NCBI GenBank assembly: GCA_017464805.1
Contig: JAFTYE010000003.1
Coordinates: 10,259-74,258 of the forward strand
DNA length: 64,000 bases
Reading direction: 5' to 3'
Origin: Clostridia bacterium
GTDB taxonomy: Bacteria > Bacillota > Clostridia > Oscillospirales > CAG-272
The stretch's first letter is position 1; each line of letters starts with the position of its first letter. The notes beneath the pieces were generated by a model that made no database searches, was not told the origin of the DNA, and was given only the letters and a program-made list of their open reading frames with translations. A program made the position numbers and the translations under genes. Shown one piece after another: positions 17,603 to 27,372 of the stretch.

Positions 17603-18757
17603 ATGGTAGAAAACCGAGAAAAAAGACCGATTCGTATCCTGCATACAGGGGATATCCACCTGGATAGCCCCTTCTCCCGCTTGCGCCCCGAAAAGAGCGA
17701 GGCGCGCCGCCGCGAGATGCGCGCGACCTTTTCTCGCATGATGGCACTGATCCGTGAGCGCGAGGTGGATATTGTCCTGATCGCGGGGGATCTTTTTGAC
17801 TCCGAATTCGTCACCTCGGTCACCGCCGCCCTGCTTGCAAAGGAAATGGAAGCCTGCGGCAGCTGCCGCTTCTTCATCTCCCCCGGTAACCACGACCCCT
17901 ACGTAGGCGGCGGTCTGTATGCCCTTGGTCGGCTGCCGAAAAATGTCACCGTTTTCTCCTCCGAGGAGCTGACGGCTGTCCCCGTTCCCGCCTGTAACAC
18001 CAACGTCTACGGCTGGGCGTTCACCTCCGCCCGCTACGAGGGCATGCCTCTGTCGGGAAAGCGGGCGAAAAAGGACGGTTCGCTTACGCTTGTTTGTGGC
18101 CATGCGGATATCGGCGTGCCGCTTACCAAATACGCGGATGTACCGATCTCGGACATCGCCGCCTTCGGTGCGCATTATGCCGCCTTTGCCCACCGCCATA
18201 TCCCCACCCCCGTCACGGATGCGGGCAACGGCGCACTGTACGCCTACTGCGGCTGTATGGAAGGGCGCAGCTTTGACGAGCCGGGCATCGGCGGTGCGTA
18301 CCTCGTAACCGCCATCCCCGACGGCGAGGACTGGAGAATCGAGACGGAGCGCGCGCCCTTGGCACAAAGCCGCTACGAGGTGCTCTCGCTTGACCTCACG
18401 GGCGTAGACACGGCGGCCGAGATCGCCCGCCGCATCCGCGCGGCGGTCGAGGAAAACGGCTATGGCGAGGACACCTTCCTGCGCGTGATATTCACGGGTG
18501 CCACACCCCCCGATTTCGCCGTTCCCGCGGCGGCGGACGGAAGTGCCCTCGGGCTTTACGAGCTGGAGCTTGTCGATCATACCACCCCCACCTTTGACGC
18601 AGCATTCCTCGAAAAGGACATGACCGTGCGCGGTGAGCTGTACCGCTCCCTGCTCCCCCGCCTGACGGAGGGAAGCCCCGAGGAGCGAGCCGCTGCGGCG
18701 CGCGCTTTGCGCATGGGCCTTGCCGCCCTCGCCGGCAACGATGTCACCACGCTTTGA
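17603..18757 (+). CDS. metallophosphoesterase, SbcD/YhaO-like DNA repair exonuclease
   Basis: ILHTGDIHLD, AGDLFD and GNHD calcineurin-like phosphoesterase motifs; 384 aa. Confidence 0.8.
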   Translation: MVENREKRPIRILHTGDIHLDSPFSRLRPEKSEARRREMRATFSRMMALIREREVDIVLIAGDLFDSEFVTSVTAALLAKEMEACGSCRFFISPGNHDPYVGGGLYALGRLPKNVTVFSSEELTAVPVPACNTNVYGWAFTSARYEGMPLSGKRAKKDGSLTLVCGHADIGVPLTKYADVPISDIAAFGAHYAAFAHRHIPTPVTDAGNGALYAYCGCMEGRSFDEPGIGGAYLVTAIPDGEDWRIETERAPLAQSRYEVLSLDLTGVDTAAEIARRIRAAVEENGYGEDTFLRVIFTGATPPDFAVPAAADGSALGLYELELVDHTTPTFDAAFLEKDMTVRGELYRSLLPRLTEGSPEERAAAARALRMGLAALAGNDVTTL

Positions 18758-18770
18758 ACGATAAAGTATA

Positions 18771-18801
18771 CCCCGTGTGTCGCGTGCGCGACACACGGGG
18801 G
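18771..18801. repeat. conserved palindromic hairpin element, copy 1 of 4 (terminator-like)
   Basis: CCCCGTGTGTCGCGTGCGCGACACACGGGGG, immediately after the 18757 stop and before the convergent pseudogene. Confidence 0.8.
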
Positions 18802-18809
18802 CTTTGCTT

Positions 18810-19084
18810 TTACAAATGGTGTTCTTTTATAAAACATTCTGCCGACAGGCGAACGCCGAGAGAAAAGGCATATTCGAAAGGCTCCTCGTCCGATAGATTG
18901 CCTAATTCCAATACATTGTCGTCATATCGTTCAAGCAGCTTTCGATCCTCTTCGGATAATACCACTTCGATCCTTTTTCGATCTCGTTCAATTCATATAA
19001 ATTTTGCATTTCCTTGCTGTTGGGATAAACATGCTCGTGCGGACAGATGTTTCCATACCAGAATTCCTTTAAGATGTTGTTCAT
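18810..19084 (-). pseudogene. frameshifted small gene (family usually found next to XRE regulators in Clostridia mobile DNA; DUF6809-like, name from memory)
   Basis: The track ORF 18902..19084 gives MNNILKEFWYGNICPHEHV...NEIEK. Near the A5 run at about 18972-18980 the sensible reading moves to another frame: ...EVVLSEEDRKLLERYDDNVLELGNLSDEEPFEYAFSLGVRLSAECFIKEHHL, with a stop at 18810. Confidence 0.6.
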
Positions 19085-19103
19085 TGATTTTTCCTTTCTG
19101 TAA

Positions 19104-19175
19104 CACCAAATGATGTTTTTTAAATAATCATACCATCATTTGATGTTTTTTTGTCAAGCGCATCATTTGATGTTT
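19104..19175. promoter_or_regulatory. repeated palindromic operator-like sites CATCATTTGATG (two full copies plus one half)
   Basis: Full copies at 19134..19145 and 19161..19172 and a half-site CAAATGATG at 19107..19115, all in the divergent intergenic region upstream of the XRE gene. Confidence 0.5.
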
Positions 19176-19207
19176 TGATAAAATAAGGAAAACGGAGGGG
19201 AGGATGT

Positions 19208-19420
19208 ATGTATCAGCGTGTAAAAGATTTGCGTGAGGATTCGGACAAAACGCAGAAGGAAGTTGCAAACGATCTTGGCTTATGGTTGAACACCTATCGC
19301 AATTACGAAACCGGAAAGAGAGAAATTCCGTTGGATATAGCCATAGCCATCGCCAAATACTATCATGTTTCTGTCGATTATCTTGCTGGTTTAACCGATG
19401 ATCCGCACAAATTGAAATAA
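19208..19420 (+). CDS. XRE family helix-turn-helix transcriptional regulator
   Basis: 70 aa; KTQKEVANDLGLWLNTYRNYETGKREIPLDIAIAIAKYYHVSVDYLAGLTD is a classic Cro/CI-type HTH. Confidence 0.9.
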   Translation: MYQRVKDLREDSDKTQKEVANDLGLWLNTYRNYETGKREIPLDIAIAIAKYYHVSVDYLAGLTDDPHKLK

Positions 19421-19423
19421 CAA

Positions 19424-19461
19424 GAACCCCCGTGTGTCGTGTACGCGACACACGGGGGTTC
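19424..19461. repeat. conserved palindromic hairpin element, copy 2 of 4
   Basis: GAACCCCCGTGTGTCGTGTACGCGACACACGGGGGTTC, 3 nt after the XRE stop. Confidence 0.8.
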
Positions 19462-19584
19462 TAAATTAATTATCCCTCCGGGAGGGGGCTTAGGAACGAA
19501 AAAATCCTTCTTTTCCCGCTTTACATTAAAAATAAAGTGTGATACAATATATCTGTCAAAAATTTTCGGAAGGGAGGCGGTTCT

Positions 19585-21576
19585 ATGCAAGCAAAGGAAA
19601 ACAAATTCAACCTTAAAAGCGACTACACCCCCACGGGCGACCAGCCCGAGGCGATCGCCGCCCTGACCGAAGGGTTTCTCGCGGGTGTTCGCGGTCAGAC
19701 GCTTCTCGGCGTAACCGGCTCCGGCAAGACCTTTACCATGGCCAATGTTATCGCAAACCTGAATCGCCCCGTCCTGATCCTCGAACCCAACAAGACCCTT
19801 GCCGCACAGGTATGCTCCGAGATGCGCGTCTTTTTCCCCGATGCAGCGGTGGAATACTTCGTTTCCTACTACGATTACTACCAGCCCGAGGCGTATATCC
19901 CCGGCAAGGATATGTATATCGAAAAGGATGCCCTGATCAATGATGAGATCGACAAGCTCCGCCACTCCGCAACCTCCTCGCTCTTTGAACGGCGGGACGT
20001 GATCATCGTCGCGTCGGTGTCCTGCATCTACACGCTCGGCGACCCCGCCGAGTACCAGTCGCTCATCATCGATCTGCGTGCGGGCATGCCCATGTCGCGC
20101 GAGCGGCTGATCGAACGCCTCATTGCCAACCAATACGAGCGCAATGATATGAATTTCACGCGCGACAAATTCCGCGTGCGCGGCGACACGGTCGAGATCC
20201 TACCCGCCTCGTCGGGCGAGCGTGCCATTCGTGTCGAATTTTTCGGGGACGAGATCGACCGCGTCAGCGAGATCCGCGCCTTGACGGGCGAGGTCATCCG
20301 TGAGCTGGAGTACGCCCCCATCTTCCCCGCGACCCACTACGCCGTGTCGGACGAAAAGCGCGAGGCGGCCCTCTGCGAGATCGAGCGCGAGATGCACGAG
20401 CGCGTGGAATTTTTTCGTTCGCAGAACAAGCTGCTCGAGGCCCAGCGCATCGAGGAGCGTACCAAATACGACCTTGAAATGCTGCGCGAGGTGGGCTTTT
20501 GCTCGGGGGTGGAGAACTACTCCCGCGTCCTGTCCGGCCGTGCCCCGGGATCTACCCCCTATACGTTGCTTGACTATTTTCCCTCGGACTACATCATGTT
20601 CATCGACGAATCGCACGTGTCCGTGCCACAGGTTCGTGGCATGAGCGGCGGCGACACCGCCCGCAAAAAAAATCTGGTGGACTACGGCTTCCGTCTGCCG
20701 TCCGCCTACGATAACCGCCCCCTGCACTTCGACGAGTTCGAGGAGCGCATCGGGCAGGTCTGCTTCGTGTCGGCCACCCCCGCTGCCTACGAGCGGGAGA
20801 ATTCGGACGGCGTGGTGGAGCAGATCATTCGCCCCACGGGTCTGCTTGACCCCGAGATCACCGTCCGCCCCATCGAGGGACAGGTGGACGACCTGGTCGG
20901 CGAGATCCGCGAAACGGTGAAAAAGGGCGGTCGTGTGCTGGTCACCACCCTGACCACCAAAATGGCAGAGGACCTGACCGACTACCTCGGCGAGCAGGAC
21001 CTCGCCGTTAAGTATATCCACCACAAGGTGGAAACCATGGAGCGACAGGAGATCATCCGTGACCTGCGCCTCGGTCTTTACGACGTGCTGGTCGGTATCA
21101 ATTTGCTCCGCGAGGGGCTTGACATTCCCGAGGTCGCGCTGGTCGCCATCCTCGACGCGGATAAGGATGGGCTTCTGCGCTCGGAAACTGCGCTGATTCA
21201 GACGGTCGGGCGCGCCGCGCGAAATGCGGACGGCCGCGTGATCATGTACGCCGACCATGTGACAAAATCCATGAAGGTCGCCATCGACGAGACCGCCCGT
21301 CGCCGCCGCATTCAGGCGGCCTACAATGAGGCGCACGGCATCACGCCACAAACCATCCGTAAAAACGTGCAGGCTCTCATCGAGATCGGCAAAAAAGAGG
21401 ACGCAGCCAAGAAGCAGACCCGTCTGCCGCGTGCGGGTGACCGCCTGGGAGCCTCCGAGAGGGAAGAGCTGATTGCCGCCCTGCGGCGTGAGATGCAGGA
21501 CGCCGCACGTCAGCTGGAATTTGAGCGAGCCGCCTTCCTTCGTGACAAGATCAAAGAATTGCAGGTAACGAAATAA
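19585..21576 (+). CDS. uvrB: excinuclease ABC subunit B
   Basis: 663 aa with [10 protein letters not shown] Walker A, helicase motifs and a C-terminal UVR domain ([16 protein letters not shown]). Confidence 0.97.
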   Translation: MQAKENKFNLKSDYTPTGDQPEAIAALTEGFLAGVRGQTLLGVTGSGKTFTMANVIANLNRPVLILEPNKTLAAQVCSEMRVFFPDAAVEYFVSYYDYYQPEAYIPGKDMYIEKDALINDEIDKLRHSATSSLFERRDVIIVASVSCIYTLGDPAEYQSLIIDLRAGMPMSRERLIERLIANQYERNDMNFTRDKFRVRGDTVEILPASSGERAIRVEFFGDEIDRVSEIRALTGEVIRELEYAPIFPATHYAVSDEKREAALCEIEREMHERVEFFRSQNKLLEAQRIEERTKYDLEMLREVGFCSGVENYSRVLSGRAPGSTPYTLLDYFPSDYIMFIDESHVSVPQVRGMSGGDTARKKNLVDYGFRLPSAYDNRPLHFDEFEERIGQVCFVSATPAAYERENSDGVVEQIIRPTGLLDPEITVRPIEGQVDDLVGEIRETVKKGGRVLVTTLTTKMAEDLTDYLGEQDLAVKYIHHKVETMERQEIIRDLRLGLYDVLVGINLLREGLDIPEVALVAILDADKDGLLRSETALIQTVGRAARNADGRVIMYADHVTKSMKVAIDETARRRRIQAAYNEAHGITPQTIRKNVQALIEIGKKEDAAKKQTRLPRAGDRLGASEREELIAALRREMQDAARQLEFERAAFLRDKIKELQVTK

Positions 21577-24404
21577 TGGCAAGCAAGATCGTGATCCGCG
21601 GTGCGCGGGTCCACAACCTCAAAAATATAGACCTTGACATCCCGCGCGACAAGCTCGTGGTGCTCACGGGCCTTTCTGGTTCGGGAAAATCCTCTCTCGC
21701 TTTTGATACCCTGTACGCCGAGGGGCACCGCCGCTTTGTGGAGTCGCTTTCTTCCTACGCCCGCATGTTCCTCGGGCAGATGGACAAGCCGGACGTGGAC
21801 TCGGTCGAGGGGCTTTCTCCCGCCATCTCCATCGACCAGAAGACCACGTCGAAGAACCCCCGCTCCACCGTTGGTACGGTCACCGAAATTTATGATTATC
21901 TGCGTCTGCTTTACGCCCGTCTCGGCGTGCCGCACTGTCCCGTCTGCGGTAAGGAGATCCGCGGCCAGTCGATCGACGTGATCCTCGATAAGATCATGGC
22001 ACTGCCGGAGGGCACGCGTTTTATGGTGCTCTCGCCCGTGGTGCGCGGCGAAAAGGGCATGCACGAAAAGGTTCTCTCCGACGCGAAAAGGAGCGGTTAT
22101 GTCCGTGTGCGCGTGGACGGCAGCCTGTACGACCTCTCCGAGGAGATCAAGCTGGACAAAAATCAAAAGCATACCATCGACGTGGTGCTCGACCGCCTGG
22201 TCATGCGCCCCGATATTCGTTCCCGCCTCTCGGACTCTGCCGAGGCCGCGCTTCGTCTCTCGGACGGCCGTCTGACGGTGGTGATTTTGCCACGCGACGG
22301 CGGCGAGGAGACCGAGCTGACGTTCTCCCAGAAATACGCCTGCGAGGAGCATGCCGTCAGCTTCGGCGAGCTGGAGCCGCGCATGTTCTCCTTCAACAGC
22401 CCCACGGGTGCCTGCTCCGCCTGCGCGGGGCTTGGCGACCTTCGTGTGGTGTCCCCCGAAAAGATCATTCCCGACCTCTCCCTCTCCTTGCGGCAGGGGG
22501 CGATCACCTGTAACGGCTTCAAGACCATTGATGAGCAGTCCTGGAACGGCCCCTTGATCCTGGCCGCCCTTTCGGAGATCGGCTGCGATATCGACACGCC
22601 TCTGTGCGACTATTCCGAGATGGCCATGCACGCCCTGCTTTATGGCACGGGGCAAACGACCTACGACGTCGTTCGCTACTTCGGTAAGGAATCGCACCGT
22701 CAGGTCACCACCTACGACGGCATCATTCCGATCATCGAGCGTCGCATTCGTCAGAATCCCGGCATGGCCGATTATTACGAGGAATTTATCGAGGACGCGC
22801 CCTGTCCGAAGTGTAAGGGCCGCCGCCTCTCGGACGAGGTGCTTTCTGTTACCGTCGGCGGGCTGAATATCGACGAGATCTGCCGCCTCTCGGCAGAAAA
22901 GATGCTTGCCTTCGTGAACACCCTTACCTTCTCGCCCGAGGAAAGCAAGATCGCCGCCGAGATCTTAAAGGAGATCCGCGCGCGCCTGTCCTTCCTCTGT
23001 AACGTGGGACTTGGCTACCTCACGCTTGCCCGCAAGGCAGGTACGCTCTCGGGCGGTGAGGCACAGCGCATCCGCCTGGCCACCCAGATCGGCTCCTCGC
23101 TTGTCGGGGTCATGTATATTCTGGACGAGCCGTCTATCGGCCTGCATCAGCGGGATAACGACAAGCTGATCGCCACCCTCAAAAGCCTGCGCGATCTCGG
23201 TAACACGGTGCTGGTCGTGGAGCATGATGAGGACACCATGCGCGAGGCAGACTTCCTCGTGGATGTCGGCCCCGGCGCGGGTGTTCACGGCGGTGAGATC
23301 GTGGCGGCGGGTACGCCCGCCGAGGTGGCAAAATGTAATCAATCGATCACAGGTGACTACCTGTCCGGCCGCAAGTGCATCCCCCTGCCCATCACCCGCC
23401 GCGCGGGGAACGGCAAGACCCTGTCGGTCGTGGGTGCGAAGCAGAACAACCTCAAAAACATTCACGTGGACTTCCCGCTCGGCAAGTTCATCTGTGTCAC
23501 GGGTGTGTCGGGATCGGGGAAATCCTCACTGGTGACGGGCATTCTGTACCCCGCGCTGGCCAGAAAGCTCAACCGTTCCAACCAGCGTCCCGGCGCACAC
23601 GAGCGCGTAACGGGGACAGAGGAGCTGGATAAGGTCATCGCCATCGACCAAAGCCCCATCGGGCGCACCCCCCGCTCCAACCCCGCGACCTATACGGGGC
23701 TGTTTTCCGAGATCCGTAACCTCTTCGCCCGCACCAAGGACGCCAAGGCGCGCGGCTACGGAGCGGGACGCTTTTCCTTCAACGTGCGCGGCGGCCGTTG
23801 TGAGGCCTGCGAGGGCGACGGTGTGAAGTGCATCGAAATGCACTTTTTGCCCGACGTCTACGTCAAATGCGATGTCTGCCACGGTATGCGTTACAACCGC
23901 GATACGCTGGAGGTGCGCTATAAGGGGAAAAATATCTACGAGGTGCTGGAAATGACCGCAGAGGAGGGGCTATTGTTCTTCGACGGTATTCCCGCCATCA
24001 CAAGAAAGCTGAAAACCATGTGTGACGTGGGGCTTGGGTATGTTAAGATCGGACAGTCCTCCACCACCCTGTCGGGGGGTGAGGCACAGCGTGTCAAGCT
24101 GGCCACCGAGCTGTCCAAACGCTCCACGGGCAAGACCGTCTATGTCCTTGACGAGCCAACCACAGGCCTGCATACCGCGGACGTGGCCAAGCTCATTGAC
24201 GTGCTGCAAACGCTTGCTGATGCGGGCAACACCGTCATCGTCATCGAGCATAACCTCGACTTCATCAAGTGTGCCGACCATATCATCGACCTCGGGCCCG
24301 AGGGCGGGGACGGCGGCGGCACCGTGGTTGCCTGCGGTACCCCCGAGGAGGTCGCGCGCGTGGAGGGCTCCTATACGGGACAGTACCTAAAAAAGAAACT
24401 GTAA
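21576..24404 (+). CDS. uvrA: excinuclease ABC subunit A
   Basis: 942 aa with two ABC ATPase modules ([25 protein letters not shown] signatures) and zinc-finger Cys pairs. The start shares one nt with the uvrB stop. Confidence 0.97.
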   Translation: MASKIVIRGARVHNLKNIDLDIPRDKLVVLTGLSGSGKSSLAFDTLYAEGHRRFVESLSSYARMFLGQMDKPDVDSVEGLSPAISIDQKTTSKNPRSTVGTVTEIYDYLRLLYARLGVPHCPVCGKEIRGQSIDVILDKIMALPEGTRFMVLSPVVRGEKGMHEKVLSDAKRSGYVRVRVDGSLYDLSEEIKLDKNQKHTIDVVLDRLVMRPDIRSRLSDSAEAALRLSDGRLTVVILPRDGGEETELTFSQKYACEEHAVSFGELEPRMFSFNSPTGACSACAGLGDLRVVSPEKIIPDLSLSLRQGAITCNGFKTIDEQSWNGPLILAALSEIGCDIDTPLCDYSEMAMHALLYGTGQTTYDVVRYFGKESHRQVTTYDGIIPIIERRIRQNPGMADYYEEFIEDAPCPKCKGRRLSDEVLSVTVGGLNIDEICRLSAEKMLAFVNTLTFSPEESKIAAEILKEIRARLSFLCNVGLGYLTLARKAGTLSGGEAQRIRLATQIGSSLVGVMYILDEPSIGLHQRDNDKLIATLKSLRDLGNTVLVVEHDEDTMREADFLVDVGPGAGVHGGEIVAAGTPAEVAKCNQSITGDYLSGRKCIPLPITRRAGNGKTLSVVGAKQNNLKNIHVDFPLGKFICVTGVSGSGKSSLVTGILYPALARKLNRSNQRPGAHERVTGTEELDKVIAIDQSPIGRTPRSNPATYTGLFSEIRNLFARTKDAKARGYGAGRFSFNVRGGRCEACEGDGVKCIEMHFLPDVYVKCDVCHGMRYNRDTLEVRYKGKNIYEVLEMTAEEGLLFFDGIPAITRKLKTMCDVGLGYVKIGQSSTTLSGGEAQRVKLATELSKRSTGKTVYVLDEPTTGLHTADVAKLIDVLQTLADAGNTVIVIEHNLDFIKCADHIIDLGPEGGDGGGTVVACGTPEEVARVEGSYTGQYLKKKL

Positions 24405-24477
24405 CCTTCTCTCCTTCCCTTCATACAATACTATTGAAGGGACGCAAGCTCCCTTCCATTAACAGGAGGGTATCTTT

Positions 24478-24579
24478 ATGAATAACAACAACTGCCTTTG
24501 TCACATCTTCGACGACAGCTGCACCTGGGTCATCATCCTTGCTCTGATCCTCGTATTCTGCTGCTGCTGCAACAACTGA
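24478..24579 (+). CDS. 33-aa Cys-rich hydrophobic micropeptide (below ORF-track cutoff)
   Basis: An AGGAGGG RBS lies 7 nt before the ATG. The product is MNNNNCLCHIFDDSCTWVIILALILVFCCCCNN, and a strong terminator follows 14 nt later. Confidence 0.55.
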   Translation: MNNNNCLCHIFDDSCTWVIILALILVFCCCCNN

Positions 24580-24592
24580 TCCCACAACATAG

Positions 24593-24621
24593 AAAAAACC
24601 GCGGCGAGCCGCGGTTTTTTT
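24593..24621 (+). terminator. intrinsic terminator
   Basis: aaaaaACCGCGGcgagCCGCGGTttttttt. Confidence 0.8.
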
Positions 24622-24687
24622 GTTTGCATACCGCGCCCGCTTCTCGCATAGAATATAGCAAAAAACCGCAAAAGTGAGGGAAAAATT

Positions 24688-25158
24688 ATGCTGATCTGTT
24701 CTGTTCGGGCAAGCACCCTGAAATTCTTTGGCGTGGTGGTGCTTTCGCTTGCCGTTCTGTTCGGGTTGATGATCTTTGTGCCGGAGTACGGCGTGGCGAC
24801 CGCCGCCGCAGCCGTGGATTACACGGGCGTGCGTACCAACGAGGATCGCATCGCCTTTATTTCGCAGTTTGGGTATGAGGTGGAGGCCGAGCCGATCGAG
24901 GAGTGCGAGTTTACCGTTCCTGCGGAGCTTGACCGCGTGCTTGCAGGCTACAACGAGATTCAGCGCGCGCAGGGGCTTGACCTCTCGCGTTATGCCAAAA
25001 AGACGGTCACGCGCTACACCTACACCGTCAAAAATTATAAGGACTACGAGGGAACGGTCTATGTCAACCTCATCATCCACCGCGACCGCGTGATCGCCTG
25101 CGATATCTGCTCAGCCGATCCGTCCGGCTTTGTGGATGGGTTATATTTACCGAAATAA
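24688..25158 (+). CDS. membrane-anchored DUF4830-like protein
   Basis: N-terminal TM helix followed by ...NEDRIAFISQFGYEVEAEPIE...YNEIQRAQGLDLSRY... The family name is from memory. Confidence 0.65.
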   Translation: MLICSVRASTLKFFGVVVLSLAVLFGLMIFVPEYGVATAAAAVDYTGVRTNEDRIAFISQFGYEVEAEPIEECEFTVPAELDRVLAGYNEIQRAQGLDLSRYAKKTVTRYTYTVKNYKDYEGTVYVNLIIHRDRVIACDICSADPSGFVDGLYLPK

Positions 25159-25174
25159 TCTTTCTTCTTATGAC

Positions 25175-25203
25175 TTGACAGGTGGGCACTTTCATGTTAC
25201 AAT
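25175..25203 (+). promoter_or_regulatory. sigma-70-type promoter (TTGACA-17-TACAAT)
   Basis: TTGACAggtgggcactttcatgtTACAAT, 45 nt upstream of the 25248 start. Confidence 0.6.
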
Positions 25204-25247
25204 GGGGACGAAGTTCAAAAGACGCGAAAGCGTGAAAGGAGATCCCC

Positions 25248-26042
25248 ATGAAATTCGGAACCTGTGCCAACTGGAAAAAGAGAGATGAGCTGCTTGCCGC
25301 TAAGGCTGCGGGAGCAGAGTTTGTTGAATTTAATTTTTCTTCCCTTATTGACGCTACGCAGGAAGAGGTGAACGATCTTGCTGCCTTCCTGAAGGAGATC
25401 GACCTACCCTGCCTCTCCTACAACGGCATGCTGCCCGGCTCCTGCCGTGTAACGGGTGAGGACCGCGACTACGAAAAGGCCGCGAAGTTCCTTGACGATG
25501 TGATGACCAAGGTCGCTGTGCTGGATGCACGCAACGTCGTGTTCGGCTCCTGCGGTGCGCGTTGCCTGCGCGACGGCGAGGATTGGGAGACCGCCATGTG
25601 TCAGATGAGCGAATTCATCAAGGGATACCTTATTCCCGTTTTCGAGAAGCACGGCTTCATCTGTGCCATCGAAACGCTTTCGGAGTGCAACCTGGTCCAT
25701 ACCATGGAACACGGTCTGCGTCTGGTCAACGAGGCGAACCATCCCCGTGTACAGCTGCTATGCGATTTTTACCACGTCTGGAAGAACGGGGAGCCAATGG
25801 ATCGCTACGACATTTATGGCCCGCATCTGCGCCACGTGCACGTTGCTTCCGTTTCGCTGGGTCGTGCCATTCCGCGCCACGGCGATGGCGATGAGGAAAA
25901 GTATATCGAGATGTTCCGCATCCTCAACCGTGAGGGCTATGACGGCCCCGTCTCGCTCGAAGGCAGTCGCAAGACCGATGACTACACGGCAGAAACGAAG
26001 GAAGCACTCGATTATCTGCGCGAGTGCTACGCCAAGGCATAA
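25248..26042 (+). CDS. sugar phosphate isomerase/epimerase (TIM barrel)
   Basis: 264 aa with the xylose-isomerase-like TIM-barrel look (IETLSE, HVHVAS..., SLEG); GAAAGGAGA RBS. Confidence 0.7.
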   Translation: MKFGTCANWKKRDELLAAKAAGAEFVEFNFSSLIDATQEEVNDLAAFLKEIDLPCLSYNGMLPGSCRVTGEDRDYEKAAKFLDDVMTKVAVLDARNVVFGSCGARCLRDGEDWETAMCQMSEFIKGYLIPVFEKHGFICAIETLSECNLVHTMEHGLRLVNEANHPRVQLLCDFYHVWKNGEPMDRYDIYGPHLRHVHVASVSLGRAIPRHGDGDEEKYIEMFRILNREGYDGPVSLEGSRKTDDYTAETKEALDYLRECYAKA

Positions 26043-26057
26043 AAAGTAAAAAGTGCA

Positions 26058-26105
26058 GAAACAGGCACCCGTGTATTGCATACGCGACACACGGGTGCCT
26101 GTTTC
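26058..26105. repeat. conserved palindromic hairpin element, copy 3 of 4 (left arm degenerate)
   Basis: GAAACAGGCACCCGTGTATTGCATACGCGACACACGGGTGCCTGTTTC between convergent genes. Confidence 0.75.
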
Positions 26106-27229
26106 TATTCTCGAATCACGTCCGAAAGAAAGCGACCGCGGTAACCCCACTCGTACAGGTAACGGGCGGGATCCAGCACGCGTGCACGAAAATCGGACAG
26201 ATACAGCTCGTAATCCTCATAAAAATACTGCTCGTGGATCATGATCTCTATGTAGCCGCCGCGCGTCGGGCTGGCTACGGCTTCGGCGATCTCGTGTAAA
26301 TTTTCTTCGTTCGTGTTGCAGTTGAGCACGCTGTCAATGCGACCGAAGAACATGTCCGTGTCGGTGTCACAGAAGAAATCGCGCTTGTAAATATGCTCGA
26401 TAAGACGCTCGGATGTGTGGTAGGCAACGGGGTTGGGGCGGCCGGGGATGAAGTACCCCGCCATCACGCGGTAGCCCACGGCGCGCATCGCGCGCACGGC
26501 CGCCTCGTTTGCCGCGCCGAAATGCAGCGTGGTGCAGGTCGAAAGTGATTCCTCACCGGCGAAGCGCAAAATCTCGCGGTGCACCTGCATGCACTCGCGG
26601 GTGATCAGCTCCTTTGTGGCATTCTCGTAGGGGCGCATGGTGTTGCCCCGTGAATGAAAGGAAAGCTTCAGCCAGTCGGCGTTTTCTCGGAACTCGTCCT
26701 TGAATTGGTCGGTCATCATGGACAGATCAAAATCGGGCCGATCGGTCCGAAAATAGCTCTTGGCCTGACCTGTAAACTCATAGAAAAGGTTCAGATGCAC
26801 CTTCGCGTCGTATAGGTCGTGCGCTTCTTTGTAAACGGCCAGGTAGGGGTTGTCGAAGATCGAGGTGTATTCGTTCCTATGCGCGGTGATGTCGGCAAGA
26901 AACAGAATATTATCATCGGAGGAGATGCGGTATCCTCCCACCGAAAGAGGCAGACGGAAAACGCTTGCGCGGCACTCCGTCCCTGCCGTCAGGTCAACAG
27001 CAGACAGAACCGTGTGACGGTCAGCAATCTCAAGGTCTGTTGTATAAATGCCGTTTTCCTCGCGCGCTTCGCGCTCACCAATGCGTATGAGGTGACCTGT
27101 CGGAGCGGCCACCTTGACCGCCACGCGCACCGCGTTCCCGTCGGTTACGCCGTCCCGCTCGTTGATGCAGTCGCCGTCGATGGGAAAGAGGAAACGGATC
27201 GGGGCCTTTTCGTTGAAATGATCCTTCAT
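26105..27229 (-). CDS. hypothetical protein (374 aa), no family assigned
   Basis: AAAGGAGA RBS, own promoter (TTTACA-17-TATAAT at about 27255-27285) and a hairpin terminator. I could not recognise a domain. Confidence 0.6.
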   Translation of the reverse strand: MKDHFNEKAPIRFLFPIDGDCINERDGVTDGNAVRVAVKVAAPTGHLIRIGEREAREENGIYTTDLEIADRHTVLSAVDLTAGTECRASVFRLPLSVGGYRISSDDNILFLADITAHRNEYTSIFDNPYLAVYKEAHDLYDAKVHLNLFYEFTGQAKSYFRTDRPDFDLSMMTDQFKDEFRENADWLKLSFHSRGNTMRPYENATKELITRECMQVHREILRFAGEESLSTCTTLHFGAANEAAVRAMRAVGYRVMAGYFIPGRPNPVAYHTSERLIEHIYKRDFFCDTDTDMFFGRIDSVLNCNTNEENLHEIAEAVASPTRGGYIEIMIHEQYFYEDYELYLSDFRARVLDPARYLYEWGYRGRFLSDVIRE

Positions 27230-27324
27230 AGCAATCTCCTTTTGCGGCCGTTTGGTGCCATTTTATTATAATGTACTCGTCGCCCTTTGTAAAGAGGAAC
27301 TTCGAAAAAACAAATTTTAGATAC

Positions 27325-27372
27325 AAAAACCAACCCCTTGTGTCGCATGCGCGACACAAGGGGTTGGTTTTT
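27325..27372. repeat. conserved palindromic hairpin element, copy 4 of 4
   Basis: AAAAACCAACCCCTTGTGTCGCATGCGCGACACAAGGGGTTGGTTTTT, abutting the stop of the 27372 gene. Confidence 0.8.

Noticed and set aside
15916-18757. The methyltransferase-like gene plus the divergent SbcD-like nuclease as an R-M or other defence system.
   Set aside because: There is no restriction endonuclease, specificity subunit, helicase or ATPase. The nuclease belongs to the DNA-repair phosphoesterase type, and the two genes are divergently transcribed from separate promoters.
19462-19584. A LexA/Cheo-type SOS box (GAAC-N4-GTTC) upstream of uvrB.
   Set aside because: Only a half-like GGAACG is present, with no matching GTTC half at the right spacing. 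A plausible TTTACA-17-TGaTACAAT promoter is present, but I cannot support an SOS operator.
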